A stretch of 64,000 bases of DNA from Okamejei kenojei (taxonomy: Eukaryota): NCBI GenBank assembly GCA_035221665.1, contig CM069132.1, positions 144,274,001 to 144,338,000 of the forward strand. Direction: 5' to 3'. The position numbers were made by a program, and so were the translations under genes. This document shows, in pieces, positions 38,846 to 52,250 of this stretch. Position 1 is the stretch's first letter. Every line of letters starts with the position of its first letter. A model generated the notes under the pieces. The model had not been told where the DNA came from and searched no databases. It was given only the letters and a program-made list of their open reading frames with translations.

Positions 38846-39090
38846 AAGTCAGAGGGTAGTTAATCTGTGGAACTCATTGCCACAGAGGGCTGTAGAGACC
38901 GAGGCCAAGGCCAAGTCAGTGAATATTTTTAAGGCAGAGATAGACAAGTTCTTGGTTAGAACTGGTGTCAAGGGTTATGGGGAGAAGGCAGGAAAATTGG
39001 ATTAGGTGGCAGAGATCAGCCATGATTGAATGGCGGACTAGACTCGATGGGCCGAATGGCCCGATTCTACTCCTATAACTTGTGAACTTA
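38846..39090 (+). mobile_element. CR1 3' end
   Basis: cagagggtagttaatctgtggaactcattgcc..gattctactcctataacttgtgaactta. Confidence 0.85.
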
Positions 39091-41024
39091 CATGCTGTGA
39101 GAGTACCTGTTCTCCACTCAGCCATGCGTACTAGATCATAACCACGCTGGGTGAAGGCATTCTTCCCCATGTTTCCTCTCGCCTCCTACCACAAGTCTAT
39201 GCCGTCTGATTTTAGGCTCCTCCGCTATGCGGAAAGGATTCTTACTATCCACTTTTCGGATGCCTCTTGTAATTTTCCAATTGTTCCCCTTCGACTGCCT
39301 CTGCGCCAAAGAAAACAAACCCAGCTTATCCAGTCACTCTAAATAACAATTGTTATTCAGAACTGCACAGAGAACTTCAGCCTAATTAGTGTTTTATCGA
39401 TTTGTACCATAACTTCTCTGCATTTATATTTTTATGCCTTTGCACTAATATGAGGAATCTATTGTCTGCCGTTGACCCAATAGATTCATTTCACCAACTG
39501 ATCAACATTACCTGTAACCTACGACTCATATTTGCCATCAATTTTTATATCATCTGAAAATTTACTAATCAGCCCTCCTGCATTCATATCCAAATGGTTA
39601 ATGTATATAACCAGCAGTAAGAATTCCAACTGTAATTTATGTGATACATCAAATATCGCAGATTTCCTATCACAAAAACAACCCTCCAGCATTATACTCA
39701 GCCTTCCAATATCAAGTCAATTCTGAATCCAATTTATCAACTTGCCCTGACTTAAATGGGCTCTAAACTTTTGGACCAGTCTCCCATGTGGTACATTGTC
39801 AAAGGCCTAACCTATCCTGAGGTCCATGTAGATTACATCTCCCTCACCAATATATTTTGTTGTTTCTTCAAAAAAAAAATCTAGATAATGCATAACTTCA
39901 TTGGAACAGTACAAATTACTGTTATGTTAAGGCTCATCATTGGAGCTAGAATGAGAAATATATGTACATTTTTAAGTAGAAGATGTTCAAGTAAACTCTG
40001 TTTCAGTGTCCAATACCATGATATATGCTTTGATTGATGCAGCAATAATGCTGATCCTAGCGGCATAAAGCATTTGCCATCATCTAGATGCTTTCACCTG
40101 CCTCGTTTCTTCACCAAAACGTGTATCACTTTGTTATCCTTCAACTGGAAAAATGCAAAGCACCGTGACTCTTCATTTAATACCTTGCTTCTGCACATTA
40201 ATAATGGTTGTATCAGTGTAATCTGTATGTTCCTCAAGAGAGTAGATGGTTTTCATTTCGCTGAGCTGGGCTTGCCATCCACGCATTGCAAAAATATGCC
40301 ATTCTTCTGAATTTGCTGAAGCTTAACCCTGAAAAACACATTTTTGGCACATTCCAGACCCGTTTGTTAAGATCCAAAGTGGGACTTTAAAAGTCCCAAT
40401 GAAATTAATGAAAAAGTCATTAATACATCAAACAAATTAAATGAACTAATTTGAAAATATTTACAACACTTTTAAATATTTGGAAACATAGTTAAAAAAA
40501 TGTGAAGCCTAACCTTACTTTCCTTTACTCCACACAACTGTATATACTCCATTTGCATGAACGAGTTGGTAGATTACATTGCCAAATCTAACATGATACG
40601 TAATTTGAGAGCAGATGCCATGTTTGTAGCTGCTGAGCAACTCCAACGAGCTCCTACTCCACCATATTTTTATTTTATGCTCCAAATCACTGTACATACT
40701 AGATATTCCTCTTCATTTAGTTTTTACTTTTAAGTTGCCAAAATAGGGTAGTAGTCTAAGGAAGATTGATCACTTCAAGTCGTAACAGTTGTTGGTGCAG
40801 TTTCTTTCTTTGATAGCTGGTTAATTGGATGGAAAATAATGTAATCTTGCGTGAAAATAGGTATTGCTTTGCTATATCAGATGACTGACATATTGAATAC
40901 TACATGTTTTGAGCAGAGCTCTGAATTTTATCAGATACAAACAATGGAGAAAAGTTTGATCTGAACTTGGGATGCTTTTTAGGTTTAAAACTCAAAAGTC
41001 TTAAACCTGATAACCTGAAAGCGG

Positions 41025-41722
41025 TACCGGGTGGCGCCGAGATGGCAGCCTCGCCAGCAGCCTGTGTGTTATTTTAACTTTTTTGTTATTTTTAGTGTGT
41101 TTAAAATGTATGTTTTAATGTTTCTCGGTATGTCTTATGTGGAGGGTGGGGAATAGGGGTGGGGAATAGGGGGAAACTGTTTTCAGTCACTTATTTCGAC
41201 AGCGATGTGATCTTTATCTGTCTCCCCCCCCCGCCTAACAACTGGATTGATGCGGCCTTTCCTGGAGACCAGCCCGGTGCTTCAAGCCGCAAGCTAGGCA
41301 CGGACTTACCATCACGGAGCAGGCAATCCTTTGCCGAGAATCGCCAGTGAAGGAGCTCCGACCAGGGGGTCTGTGGACTTTATCACTGTGAAGCCCGCAG
41401 TCTCCGGTAAGAAAAGACCGACTCGGGAGCTCCATGCCGCGGAGTGTTCCAATCTGTCCCGATGCCGGAGTTTCCATCATCCCGACTAGAGGGCTTGAAC
41501 AGCGGACCGTCGTCGAAGGCCTCGACCACGGGTGAACAAAGGAGGAAGATGACTGAACTTTGTTGCTTTCCATCACAGTGAGGAATGTTGATTCCACTGT
41601 GGCAGATGTTTACGTTAAATTTATTGTGTATAGCGTTCTTTTTACTTGTATGGCTGTATGGTAACTCAAATATCACTGTACCTTAATTGGTGCATGTGCC
41701 AATAAATGTGAACTTGAACTAC
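41025..41722 (+). mobile_element. GC/CpG-rich non-coding element with an L2/Rex-type 3' tail (SINE-like or non-autonomous LINE derivative)
   Basis: Abrupt GC/CpG rise in an AT-rich intron; ends tcactgtaccttaattggtgcatgtgccaataaatgtgaacttgaact. Confidence 0.6.
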
Positions 41723-42132
41723 TTGGAATGTGACTTTATTTTTAGTAAGAAGACGAGATTTTCAGTGGAGTTCCCAAGGCTTCCACATTTTAAACTTTGC
41801 AGTTAACCTTTTTGTCATTAGCCCTCATCCCTTACGCCATATAGAATTGCTATATTTCACACAATTGCCGGAATAAATTGTACTATCCTACAGCAGGTTA
41901 TCTGTATTTTTGCATGTTTCATGTTCTTTTTGCAGAAAGTTCAAAATTTCCCATCATTTATGTTAATCACGTTAATTTGTTTTTGGCGACTGACCTGAAT
42001 TTCTCAGGTTGTATCAGCGTTTTTGAATCAAAAGAGTGAAAAAATAAGTTTCTATTGCCTTTTATTGATGAAAGATATGCAGTAATTCTTTAGTTGTAAT
42101 GTTTAGCTTAATCTTTGCATTATTCATTTTAG

Positions 42133-42198
42133 GTCAAATCTGTGAAAACGGGATCTGTTTTCTGGACTATATGTTGCTGCTTGTCCTACTTTTACATG
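42133..42198 (+). CDS. STT3B: STT3B exon (probable exon 4, 66 bp): VKSVKTGSVFWTICCCLSYFYM
   Basis: catttttag-type acceptor (cattttag) and GTAAGA donor; phase 0-0, continues YYLW|VKSVKTGS. Confidence 0.96.
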
Positions 42199-42757
42199 GT
42201 AAGAGATCTAATCCTGTTTTCTTATTCCATGGAGTTCTATTAATGCTAAAAATAATTTGATGGAGTGTGCTTCTCTTGTTACCTGTATGAATAAAGCTTG
42301 TGCATGCTATTTTGTTCTCTTCCCAGAGCACCATTTCCTATTTTTTGTTGTAAAAATGATGATGTTTCTAGTGATTCAGGGATAGCTTAATGATTATATG
42401 GATATATCTCGTATATGTCACTGCCTGATGTGTGTGTGTGCGATCCACAATGATCTTGATGATTAATTATAAAGGACGCTAATCTTCAATCATTTCACTT
42501 TACACCATGTAGTATAATAACTAGTGGACATCATGAAGGCTTGGACCTTGAAATATTTTCTGTCTGCATTTCTAGTCATGGTTCAGAGCTTGCTGTGCCC
42601 CTTGTCAAGTTGCTCCAGCGCACATGATCCGCAGGTATCTCTCCGAAAGTGTTTAAAGATACACAGACATGTCAGGTCCACTGAAATCCGGTGAAATCTA
42701 ATTGGCAATGAAAATGCTATGAAATAACACCTACTCATCAATAATATACTCACTGAT

Positions 42758-42925
42758 TTCAAGAGAGCTAGATTTGGCTCTTAAAAATAGTGGAGTCAGG
42801 GGATATGGGGAGAAGGCAGGAACGGGGTACGGATTGGGGATGATCAGCCATGATCACATTGAATGGCGGTGCTGGCTCGAAGGGCCAAATGGCCTACTTC
42901 TGCACCTATTATCTATTGTCTATTG
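42758..42925 (+). mobile_element. CR1 3' tail, (TATTGTC)n subfamily
   Basis: ttcaagagagctag..gatcagccatgatcacattgaatggcgg..ctattgtctattg. Confidence 0.88.
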
Positions 42926-43604
42926 ATGCTCAATTTAGATTTGGCCAGAAATGCAGCTCCAGGTATCAATACAAACTTATGTGTGAATGAGTTGAATTTC
43001 ACAGGTGGGCTTCGAGAGGCACTCTTCACCAAATTTAATATCAATAAAAACCTTGGCCAACTAAAACTTCCAAGCACACACCACAAAAAAAGTTACTTGC
43101 AGGAATCTAAAAGCAAATAAACTACAGAAATGAACTAATAAATACGTAACAAACGAATAAACTACAGAAATAAACTAAACTAATAAGCAAATAAACTGCT
43201 GGAAATCTGAAATAAAAACAGAATACTAGACATAAGGATTTGGCCAGGCAGCATCTGTGGGGGGAAGAACAGAATTATTGTTTGAGATTGAAGACCTTTC
43301 ATCAGCTTGCTCCAATCATCAGCAGAGTGATGAAAATTGTTAATGCTGCCAGGTTGCAGAGTATTTTCGGCAGTTTTTATTTTTATTACATACCTGCAGG
43401 AATTCTTGCAACAATGTCAAAGATGTTTTCAGGACCTTCCCTCCATCATGAGGTAAACAATGGGGTTGTTTGCAAATAATTGTACATCATTAAATTCTGT
43501 TTATAAATCCTTACAATGAAGAAGTTCATGCCTGTGCAGAAAGACCCAAATAATATTAAGGGGCTAGTATAATTAATACTGCATGTGTAGCAGGGTTCCC
43601 CTTA

Positions 43605-43875
43605 TTTAAGAAAAAGGGGTAAGCCATTTAAAATGGAGATGAGGAAACACTTTTTCACACAGAGTTGTGAGTCTGTGGAATTCTCTGCCTCGGAGGGCAG
43701 TGGCGGCCGGTTCTCTGGATACATTTAAGAGAGAGCTAGATAGAGGAGTCAGGGAATATGGAAAGAAGGCAGAAACGGGATGCTGATTGGGGATGATCAG
43801 CCATGATCGCATTGAATGGCGGTACTGACTCGAAAGGCCAAATGGCCTACTCCTGCACCTATTTTCTATTGTCTT
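43605..43875 (+). mobile_element. CR1 3' end
   Basis: gagatgaggaaacactttttcacacagag..ctcctgcacctattttctattgtc. Confidence 0.88.
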
Positions 43876-44224
43876 TAACATCAATTTCTTGATTAGAAAG
43901 TTAACCAGACTGTCCACATAACTATTCATGTAACAAGCAGATCAGAGCCTGGATGCCGATGAGGATCAGCATGAGACATATTTCCCAGATTGTTAACCAC
44001 GATTAGTAGATTTCTTGTGACGTAACATATGTAATGCCAAAACACACTCGTGCAGTTGATCTTGGTTTCCTGGATGGATTTAACTAGTTTAGGAGGTGTA
44101 ATCATCTGGAAGGACAGTGACAAAGTGTACGGCAATAACTGCACTTTGAAGATTCCCCCCATAAACCTTGTACCATCTGAACTTTTAAATAAAGACCTAC
44201 CCCCTCGCTATCACTCATCATCAC

Positions 44225-44358
44225 TTCTTCAGAAGAAGGGTTTTGAATAAAAAAACGTTGCCTATCCATGTCCTCTAAGAGATGCTGCCTGACCCATTGA
44301 GTTACTCCAGCACTTTGTCTTTTTTTGTAAACTTGCATCTGCAGTTCCTTGTTTTTAC
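44225..44358 (+). mobile_element. Degenerate Penelope-derived short element
   Basis: cagaagaagggtttt..aaacgttgcctatcc..gatgctgcctgaccc..gagttactccagc..catctgcagttcctt. Confidence 0.7.
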
Positions 44359-44688
44359 ATGGTTTAAGTATTTGGTTGTAAATATTTTGTTTACCTAGTG
44401 AGTGAAATTAGTTTGTGGCTTAGATTTTCCATTCTTTATCTAAATTCAACAACGTTACGAAATTTTGTCAACTATCACGTCAATTGTGAAAGATAAAACA
44501 CATTCCCAACCCAAAGTATTTTAGTTCAAGCGACCAAAAGCCAAAACTGAACTCGGAGGCATAGAACATATCAAGTGAAGTCTTCATGGTTCAGTACTGG
44601 TCTTGAGAACCATCATTTTTTTGTCTGTCATGCTTTGAAGATTTACGTGTATTTTATATTAATTTTTATTTTTGCACCTTGATTTCAG

Positions 44689-44788
44689 GTATCAGCATGG
44701 GGTGGCTATGTGTTCATCATCAACCTTATCCCACTACATGTATTTGTATTGCTACTGATGCAGAGATTCAGCAGAAGGGTTTATATAG
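44689..44788 (+). CDS. STT3B: STT3B exon (probable exon 5, 100 bp): [33 protein letters not shown](A)
   Basis: gatttcag acceptor and GTCAGT donor; conserved WGGY motif; phase 0-1. Confidence 0.96.
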
Positions 44789-45629
44789 GTCAGTAAAGAA
44801 ATCTACAGACTTAAGTTATTCGTTCTACTACTAATTACCTTAGTGTGGTTATTTTAGAATGTATCCTAATATATTGGCCAACTTTGATCTACTGTGGCGT
44901 AACAGATGGCAGTCTGGGGTCTGAAGCCCTCTTGTGATATCTTTTGTGACTTTCAACTTTAATTTGGCTAATTTATTCGATGCAGTTCTGCACACTTGCT
45001 ACTACTATCCAGGTTATCACAAGAGGACCCGAAGGGTCAATACTGGATTAACTGCTACCTGTTATGAGGCTACACACTGCTCAGTACAGGGCCCGCTGTA
45101 CGAAGGCAATATGTGTATGTATGGAGTCAATTGAATGGTAGTTGTCAGAAAACAGACCCAGAATATGGAGTCAGTAGCAAATAAATCGCACCTCGCTCTG
45201 GTGAGGAAACAAGTTCCCACAAAGATGTAGTAAATTTTTTTGGTGTGGACTTGGCATTTTTCTGCCATCTCTTTCAATTGAAAGTACAATGGAATACCTT
45301 CTGTGGTTGGCATGCCAGTGGGCAGACTGAATAGACAATCAGTGCACAATTCTCAGACAGCACTTCAAGGCGCATATCCTTGACATATTTGACTTCTCTA
45401 TAATGTTTACTAAGGAATGAAGTACATATTAAAGTTGCAGCAGAAAAATGAAATAACTTGAAATGAAGGGTTTTGTTTTTGTAGGTTCTAACTTTTACCG
45501 GAATACATTTGTTATGTGCAAAAATAATCTGCTGCCGGAACTCAACAAATCAAGCAGCATCTGTGGGGATGGCGGGAGGGGAGGAACCTTCGATCCCTCG
45601 GGTTGAAATCATACACCACTGCAATGTCA

Positions 45630-45912
45630 TGCAGTGGTAGAGCTGCTGCCTCACAGTACCAGAGATCCAGGTTCGATCCTGACTATGGGTGCGATCTGTA
45701 CTGAGTTTGCACATGCTCCCTGTGACCGCGTGGGTTTTCTCTGGGTGCTCCGGTTTCCTCCCACATTCCAAAGGCATGCAATGGTGTAGGTTAATTGGCT
45801 TCTGAAAATTGCCCCTAGTGTGTGCGATGTGAAAATGGGATAACATAGAACTAGTGTAAGGGTGATCGATGAGCCGAAGGGCCTTTTTCGTGCTGTATCT
45901 CTAAACTCTAAA
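45630..45912 (+). mobile_element. tRNA-derived SINE
   Basis: gcagtggtagagctgctgcc..aggttcgatcctgacta..gccgaagggcc..gctgtatctctaaact. Confidence 0.88.
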
Positions 45913-46167
45913 AACCTGATTCCAACGTCTGCAGTCTCCTGTGTCTGCATATTTTTGTTAGGATCAAAAAACATGAGTTTGTTGAATACTAAGTCATTTA
46001 ACTAACTTAGACATCCCATTAACTAAATTTAGGGGATATTGGTTAAAAACCACCCCAAATTTCATATCCTAGAGATTTCAGTTTGCTTGCACCAGAGAAT
46101 ACTAAAAACAAGAAGCTTGTGTAGGTGCACCAGCAAGTTTGAGGAAAACTATGTTTAACTACATATA

Positions 46168-46319
46168 GTTTAAGAAGGAACTGCAGATACTGGAAAATCG
46201 AAGGTAGACAAAAGTGCTGGAGAAACTCAGCGGGTGCGGCAGCATCTATGGGGTATCTATTTCCTTCGCTTTATAGATGTTGCCGCACCCGCTGAGTTTC
46301 TCCGGTACTTTTGTCTACC
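46168..46319 (-). mobile_element. Penelope-derived palindromic short element with 14-bp TSD
   Basis: tttaactacatata at 46154-46167 and 46320-46333; inverted arms of about 48 bp; hammerhead centre deleted. Confidence 0.88.
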
Positions 46320-46704
46320 TTTAACTACATATAAGTGGAGACCCTGTTGTAGTATGGAATGACGTTTGCAAACACCAGTAGCTTTGATATCCTTCCAAAT
46401 CTGACCATTATTCTTGGATTTGGAAATCCAAATTCCCCTTGGCAGTGTGTATTGGCATGCTCTGTAATTCTCAGCTATTTGAAATTTGCACTCGTATCAG
46501 TTTCAGTGAATTGTGTTCGCAATAAGCTGAATTCTGGGAATTGTTATCCACGAAAGTAAAGTGCAGAGAGTGGCTCCAGGATTCCAGAAGCGATACACAA
46601 TATAGAGCTCAGCCATTAAAGGCAATAATGGAAGCTCCAGGAGGGTGAAGAACTCAGGCCTCCAGCCCTGAAGAGCAAGTCAGCACAGTATAGCTGACTT
46701 GCTG

Positions 46705-46902
46705 TAGGTCTGTAGCCTCCTTTTGCACCGGTATTTTATGTCATTCACATGTTCAAACTATAATGTTTTATTTTAATAAAATTATTAAGAACCATTTTAT
46801 TCTTAATGGTTTACTGTATGTCGTGTTGTTACTTGCGAGCGGAGCACCAAGGCAAATTCCTTGTATGTGTACATGCGTGGCCAATAAACGTATTCATTCA
46901 TT
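46705..46902 (+). mobile_element. Rex/L2-type 3' UTR tail
   Basis: caaattccttgtatgtgtacatgcgtggccaataaacgtattcattcatt. Confidence 0.7.
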
Positions 46903-47349
46903 CTATATCCCATGGGTGAAATAAATTATTATGCTTAAATGCTGTTTTTCACCACATCATGTGTGTTGATAAAGATGGCAACGGCAAACATTTTCACAAA
47001 ATGTTCCAAGTTCTTAGTTGCTTTATATGCTGTTTCCTTGTGGTTTAATTACTGAATGGTGCCTTTCCTGCTGGGTTTGTGTCATTCAATTAATTGGCTT
47101 TTGTTTTTTTGCGAAAGCATTAGTCCAACTGTGAAGATACGTTAAGTGATATTTTGAAATGTGATGGATCTTATGTAGCAGAGATATGCATGCTAAGCTA
47201 AACTTCCAATTATATTGGAAGATGATTTTGCAGGCAGTGTCGTGAAGCTACTTTCATAGCACAAAGAGAGAAAGAGAGTCAGCAAATATTTTGTTCATAA
47301 TTTTTGAACGGGTAGTTGCAATTTACTGGATTTTCTCTTTATTCTAAAT

Positions 47350-47597
47350 ATAGAAAATAGATGCAGGAGTAGGCCTTTAGGCCCTTCGAGCCTGCACTGC
47401 CATTCAATATGATCATGGCTGATCATCCAACTCAGTATCTTGTACCTGCCTTCTCTCCATACCCCCTGATCCCTTTAGCCACAAGGACCACATCTAACTC
47501 ACTCTTAAATATAGCTAATGAACTGGCCTCAACTACCTCCTGTGGCAGAGAATTCCACAGATTCACCACTCTCTGTGTGAAAAATGATTTTCTCACC
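47350..47597 (-). mobile_element. CR1 3' end close to the young subfamily
   Basis: The antisense ORF 47409..47600 is nearly the same as 11017..11244. Confidence 0.92.
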
Positions 47598-47684
47598 TAA
47601 AGCCTGAACCTTTGCCATGACACCTGAAAAATCGTGACTGTATTTTGCAATTATGTGGTCATATCTTTCGTGAATTTCAATTGG

Positions 47685-48300
47685 GTTGATAATAAGGAAA
47701 CCAAATGCAATGTTACCATTTATTTTGAGAGGACTACGATATAAAAACAGGAATGTAATGCTGAGGCTTTATGAGGCACTGGTCAGACCTCATTTGATGT
47801 TTTGTGAGCAGTTTTGGGCCCCATATCTGAGGATGGCTGTGCTGGCATTGGAGAGGGTCCAGGATGAGTGTTTTATGGCACTGGGCCCGTACACACAGGA
47901 GTTTAGAAGGATGAGGGGAGACCTCATTGAAACTTACCGAACAGTGAAAGAAAGGCCTAGATAGAGTGGATGTGGAGAGGATGTTTTTTCTAGTGGGAGA
48001 GTCTAGGACCAGAGGGCAGAGCCTCAGACGAAAAGTACATAGCTTTTGAAAGGAGATGAGGAGGAATTAGTTTAGCCAGAGGCTGGTGAATCTGTGGAAT
48101 TCATTGCCACAGACTGCTGTTGAGGCCAAGTCAATGGCTATTTTTAAAGGGGAGATTGACAGATTCTTGACTAGTAAGTGTGTCAAAGGTTACGAGGAGA
48201 ATGAGGTTGGGAGGGAAAGATAGGTCAGCCATGATTGAATGGTGGAGTGGACTAGATGAACGGAATGGCCTGATTCTGCTCCTATGAATTATGAACATGA
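47685..48300 (+). mobile_element. CR1 LINE fragment
   Basis: ORF 47686..47964 (LY.ALVRPHL..C.QFWAPYLR..LERVQ). Confidence 0.88.
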
Positions 48301-49393
48301 TTTTGACGTCAAGTTGCAGTTGAATGATGTGGAGAAAGGAAAGAAACAAATTCCACGATTTAAAAAAAAATCTCAGTCTAGTTAAGTCATAAAGTCTCAG
48401 ACTTGCTTGAAAGCAGGCCCTTTGGCCCACCATGTCCATACTGACCAAATGGCATTCTGCCATTTGCTTGAATTTTCCCACACCCCACCAACCTTTTCTA
48501 TCCATACTTAGTATTTTCTCCCCATACCAGCCTATTTGCGAATTAATATTTGTAATATACAGGAGCGGGGGTGTGTGTGTGTGTATGTGAGAGAGAGCGA
48601 GAGACAAGTATTCAAATATTAATATTATAGTTGGATTTTGACCTTGAGTTGTGGCGAGGTGATCTGGGCAAAAGGAAGGAACTAATTCTTACTGGGAAAA
48701 AATCTCAGACTCGTGTGTGTGTGTGTGTGTGTGAGGGAGGCATATTTAACAGTATCATTGTATACAAGTATTCAAACTTTAATATTTTGGCCAGAATCCA
48801 TTGTTGCAGTTACTTCAAAGTCTGGCTAAAAATAAATATCCTGCAAAATTAATGAATTCAATAAATAATATTTCAGAACCTATTTACTTGAGATGGGCTT
48901 GTTATGAATATTTTAAGGTAAAATTAAGTAATTGCTGTCATTGGGGGAAGAAAAATATATTGGTGGCAAATGTAGTTGCAAATAATAATACTAATGAAAG
49001 GATGACTTAACTGTTGTGCAGCTTGAACAACAATGTATGTGCGATTGGGAATTGTGTGATATACATCAAAATGACAAACTAATTACCTAATTAAGGTTTT
49101 CATATGCTGTTGAAATCTGTTGTGCTGGATAGCTCATTGAAAAACTTGGCCAAAAGGTTTTTGGAGAATATTTGCAGTAATTTGATTTTTGGTGTAATAG
49201 GATAATTTCATAATATTATAGAGTAAAATAAGGCAGTAAATCAAACTTGATGAAAGCTGAATGGAACGCTCTTTTACAGCATTTCCCAAATACTTCTAAG
49301 ATACAATTTCTGGATGCATTGGTTGATAAAGCCGTAATTGTATACACGGTGTGATAATTCTTACACTGCTTTGAGCCAAATCCTGATAAAATG

Positions 49394-50770
49394 GTGGTGC
49401 GGAAGATGCTGGAGTCAATTATAAAAGATGAGATAGTCTCACATTTGGATAGCAGTAACGGGATCGGTCCGAGTCAGCGTGGATTTACAAAGGGGAAATC
49501 ATGCTTGACTAATCTTCTGGAATTTTTTGAAGATGTAACTAGGAAAATGGACAAGGGAGCCAGTGGATGTAGTGTACCTGGACTTTCAGAAAGCATTTGA
49601 TAAGGTCCCACATAGGAGATTAGTGGGCAAAATTAGGGCAGATGGTATTGGGGGTAGAGTGCTGACATGGATAGAGAAGAGGTTGGCAGACAGGAAACAA
49701 AGAGTAGGGATTAACGGGTCCCTTTCAGAATGGCAGGCAGTGACTAGTGGGGTACCGCAAGGCTCGGTGCTGGGACCGCAGCTATTTACAATATACATCA
49801 ATGATTTGGATGAAGGGATTCAAAGTAACATTAGCAAATTTGCAGATGACACAAAGCTGGGTGGCAGTGTGAACTGCGAGGAGGATGCTATGAGAATGCA
49901 GGGTGACTTGGACAGGTTGGGGAGTGGGCAGATGCATGGCAGATGAAGTTTAATGCGGATAAATGTGAGGTTATCCACTTTGGTAGCAAAAACAGGAAGG
50001 CAGATTACTATCTAAATGGCGTCAAGTTGGGGAAAAAGGGAAGTACAACGGGATCTGGGGGTCCTTGTACATCAGTCTATGAAATTAAACATGCAGGTAC
50101 AGGAGGCAGTGAAGAAAGCGAATGGCATGTTAGCCTTCATAACAAGAGGAATTGAATATAGGAGCAAAGCGGTCCTTCTGCAGTTGTACAGAGCCCTAGT
50201 GAGACCACACCTGGAGTATTGCGTGCAGTTTTGGTTCCCTAATTTGAGGAAGGATATTTTTGCTATTGAGGGAGTGCTGCGTAGGTTTACAAGTTTAATT
50301 CCTGGGATGGAGGGACTGTCATATTCTGAGAGAATGGAGCAGCTGGGCTTGTACACTCTGGAGTTTAGAAGGATGAGAGGGAATCTCATTGAAACATATA
50401 AGATTGTTAAGTGCTTGGACACGCTAGAGGCAGGAAACATGTTCCCGATGTTGTGGGAGTTCAGAACCAGGGGCCACAATTTGAGAATAAGGAGTAAGCC
50501 ATTTAGAACGGAGACGAGGAAACACTTTTTCTCACAGAGAGTGGTGAGTCTGTGGAATTCTCTGCCTCAGAGGGCGCTGGAGGCAGGTTCTCTGGATGAT
50601 TTTAAGAGAGCTAGATAGTGCTCTTAAAAATAGCGGAGTCGGGGATATGGGGTGAAGGCAGGAATGGAGTACTGATTGGGGATGATCAGCCATGATCACA
50701 TTGAATGGCGGTGCTGGCTCGAAGAGCCAAATGGCCTACTCCTGCACCTATTGTCTATTGTCCATAGTCT
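49394..50770 (+). mobile_element. CR1 LINE, about 1.4 kb, covering the RT domain through the 3' tail (frameshifted)
   Basis: ORFs 49391..49600, 49563..49946 ([31 protein letters not shown]) and 50016..50618; (TATTGTC)n tail. Confidence 0.96.
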
Positions 50771-51064
50771 AAAATCAAATTCAACCCACATGGTATAAAA
50801 TAGTTTTCATTAAATGATTGAACATTGCTATCAACATTAAAAAAAAAAAGCAGCATGAAGAACAAAATGCTTGCTGTTTCACTCCCATCACTGGTGTAGA
50901 TGGGCAGAGTAGAGGATGAAACATGCTGGGATTCATCTTAGCAGTAAATTGTCCAGGCTTTGTTCTTTATCAACCAATGCATTCAGAAATGTTACTTACA
51001 AAATATTTGGGAAATGCATTAAACACAGAGTTCCACTCAGCATTTATCAAGTTCAACTTAATGC

Positions 51065-52250
51065 CTTAGAGTCTATAGAGTGATACAGTGTGTAAGCAGG
51101 CCCTTCAGCCCACACCGGCCAACATTGTCCCAGCTACCCAAGTCCCAGTTGCCTGCGCTTGGTCCATACCCTCAAAACCTGTCCTATACCTGTCCAACTG
51201 TTTCTTAAACAATGGGAAAGTCCCAGCCTCAACTACCTCCTCTGGCAGCTTCTGTGAAAAGGTTACCCCTCGGATTCCTATTCAATCTTTTCCCCTTCAC
51301 CTTGAACCTATGTCCTCTATTCCTCGATTCCCTTACTCTGGGCAAGAGACTCTGTGCATCTACCCGATCTATTCCTCTCATGATTTTGTATACCTCTATA
51401 GGTTCTCCCCTCATCCTCCTACGATCCATGAAATAGAGACCCAGCCTACTTAACCTCTTCCTATATCTCACACCCTCTAGTCCTGACAACATCCTCGTAA
51501 ATCTTTTCTGAACCCTTTCAAGCTTGACAATATCTTTCCTATAATGTGGTGCCCAGAACTGGACACAATATTCTAAATGCGGTCTCACCAACATCTTATA
51601 CAACTGCAAAATGACCTCCCGACTTCTATACACAATACTCTGACTGACTTGGACACGCTAGAGGCATGAAACATGTTCCCGATGTTGGGGGAGTCCAGAA
51701 CCAGGGGCCACTTAAGAATAAGGGGTAAGCCCATTTAATTACCCCATTTAAGAATACGGTGTAAGCCTTTTAGAACGGAGATGAGGAAACACTTTTTCTC
51801 ACAGAGAGTTGTGAGTCTGTGGAACTCTCTGCCTCAGTGGGCGGTGGAGGCCGGTTTTCTGGATACTTTCAAGAGAGAGCTGGATAGGGCTCTTAAAGAT
51901 AGCGGAGTCAGGGGATATGGGAAGAAGGCAGGAACGAGGTACTGATTGGGGATGATCAGCCATGATCACATTGAATGGTGGTGCTGGCTCGAAGGGCCGA
52001 ATGGCCTACTCCTGCACCTATTGTCTATTGATGAAGGCCAAAGTGCCAAAATCCTTTTTGACCGGTGAAGGCCAATTTACCGGATGTTTATAAGAGAGAG
52101 TTAGATTTAGCTCTTAGGGCTAATGGAATCAATGGATGTGGGGAAAAAGCAGGAATGGGATACTGTTTTTGTATGATCAGCCATGATCATATTGAATGGC
52201 AGTGCTGGCTCATGGCCTACTCCTGCAACTTTTTTCTATGTTTCTCCATT
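51065..52250. mobile_element. Nested CR1 cluster: - strand copy (51065-51648, resuming 52031-52063), inserted + copy (51649-52030), second + tail (52064-52250)
   Basis: ORF 51229..51633 on the - strand; its ...tactctgactga / atgaaggccaaagtgcc... continuity is broken by a + strand 3' end. Confidence 0.85.

Noticed and set aside
49391-50618. Functional reverse transcriptase gene or retron-like system
   Set aside because: 5'-truncated, frameshifted CR1 ORF2 lacking endonuclease and ORF1.
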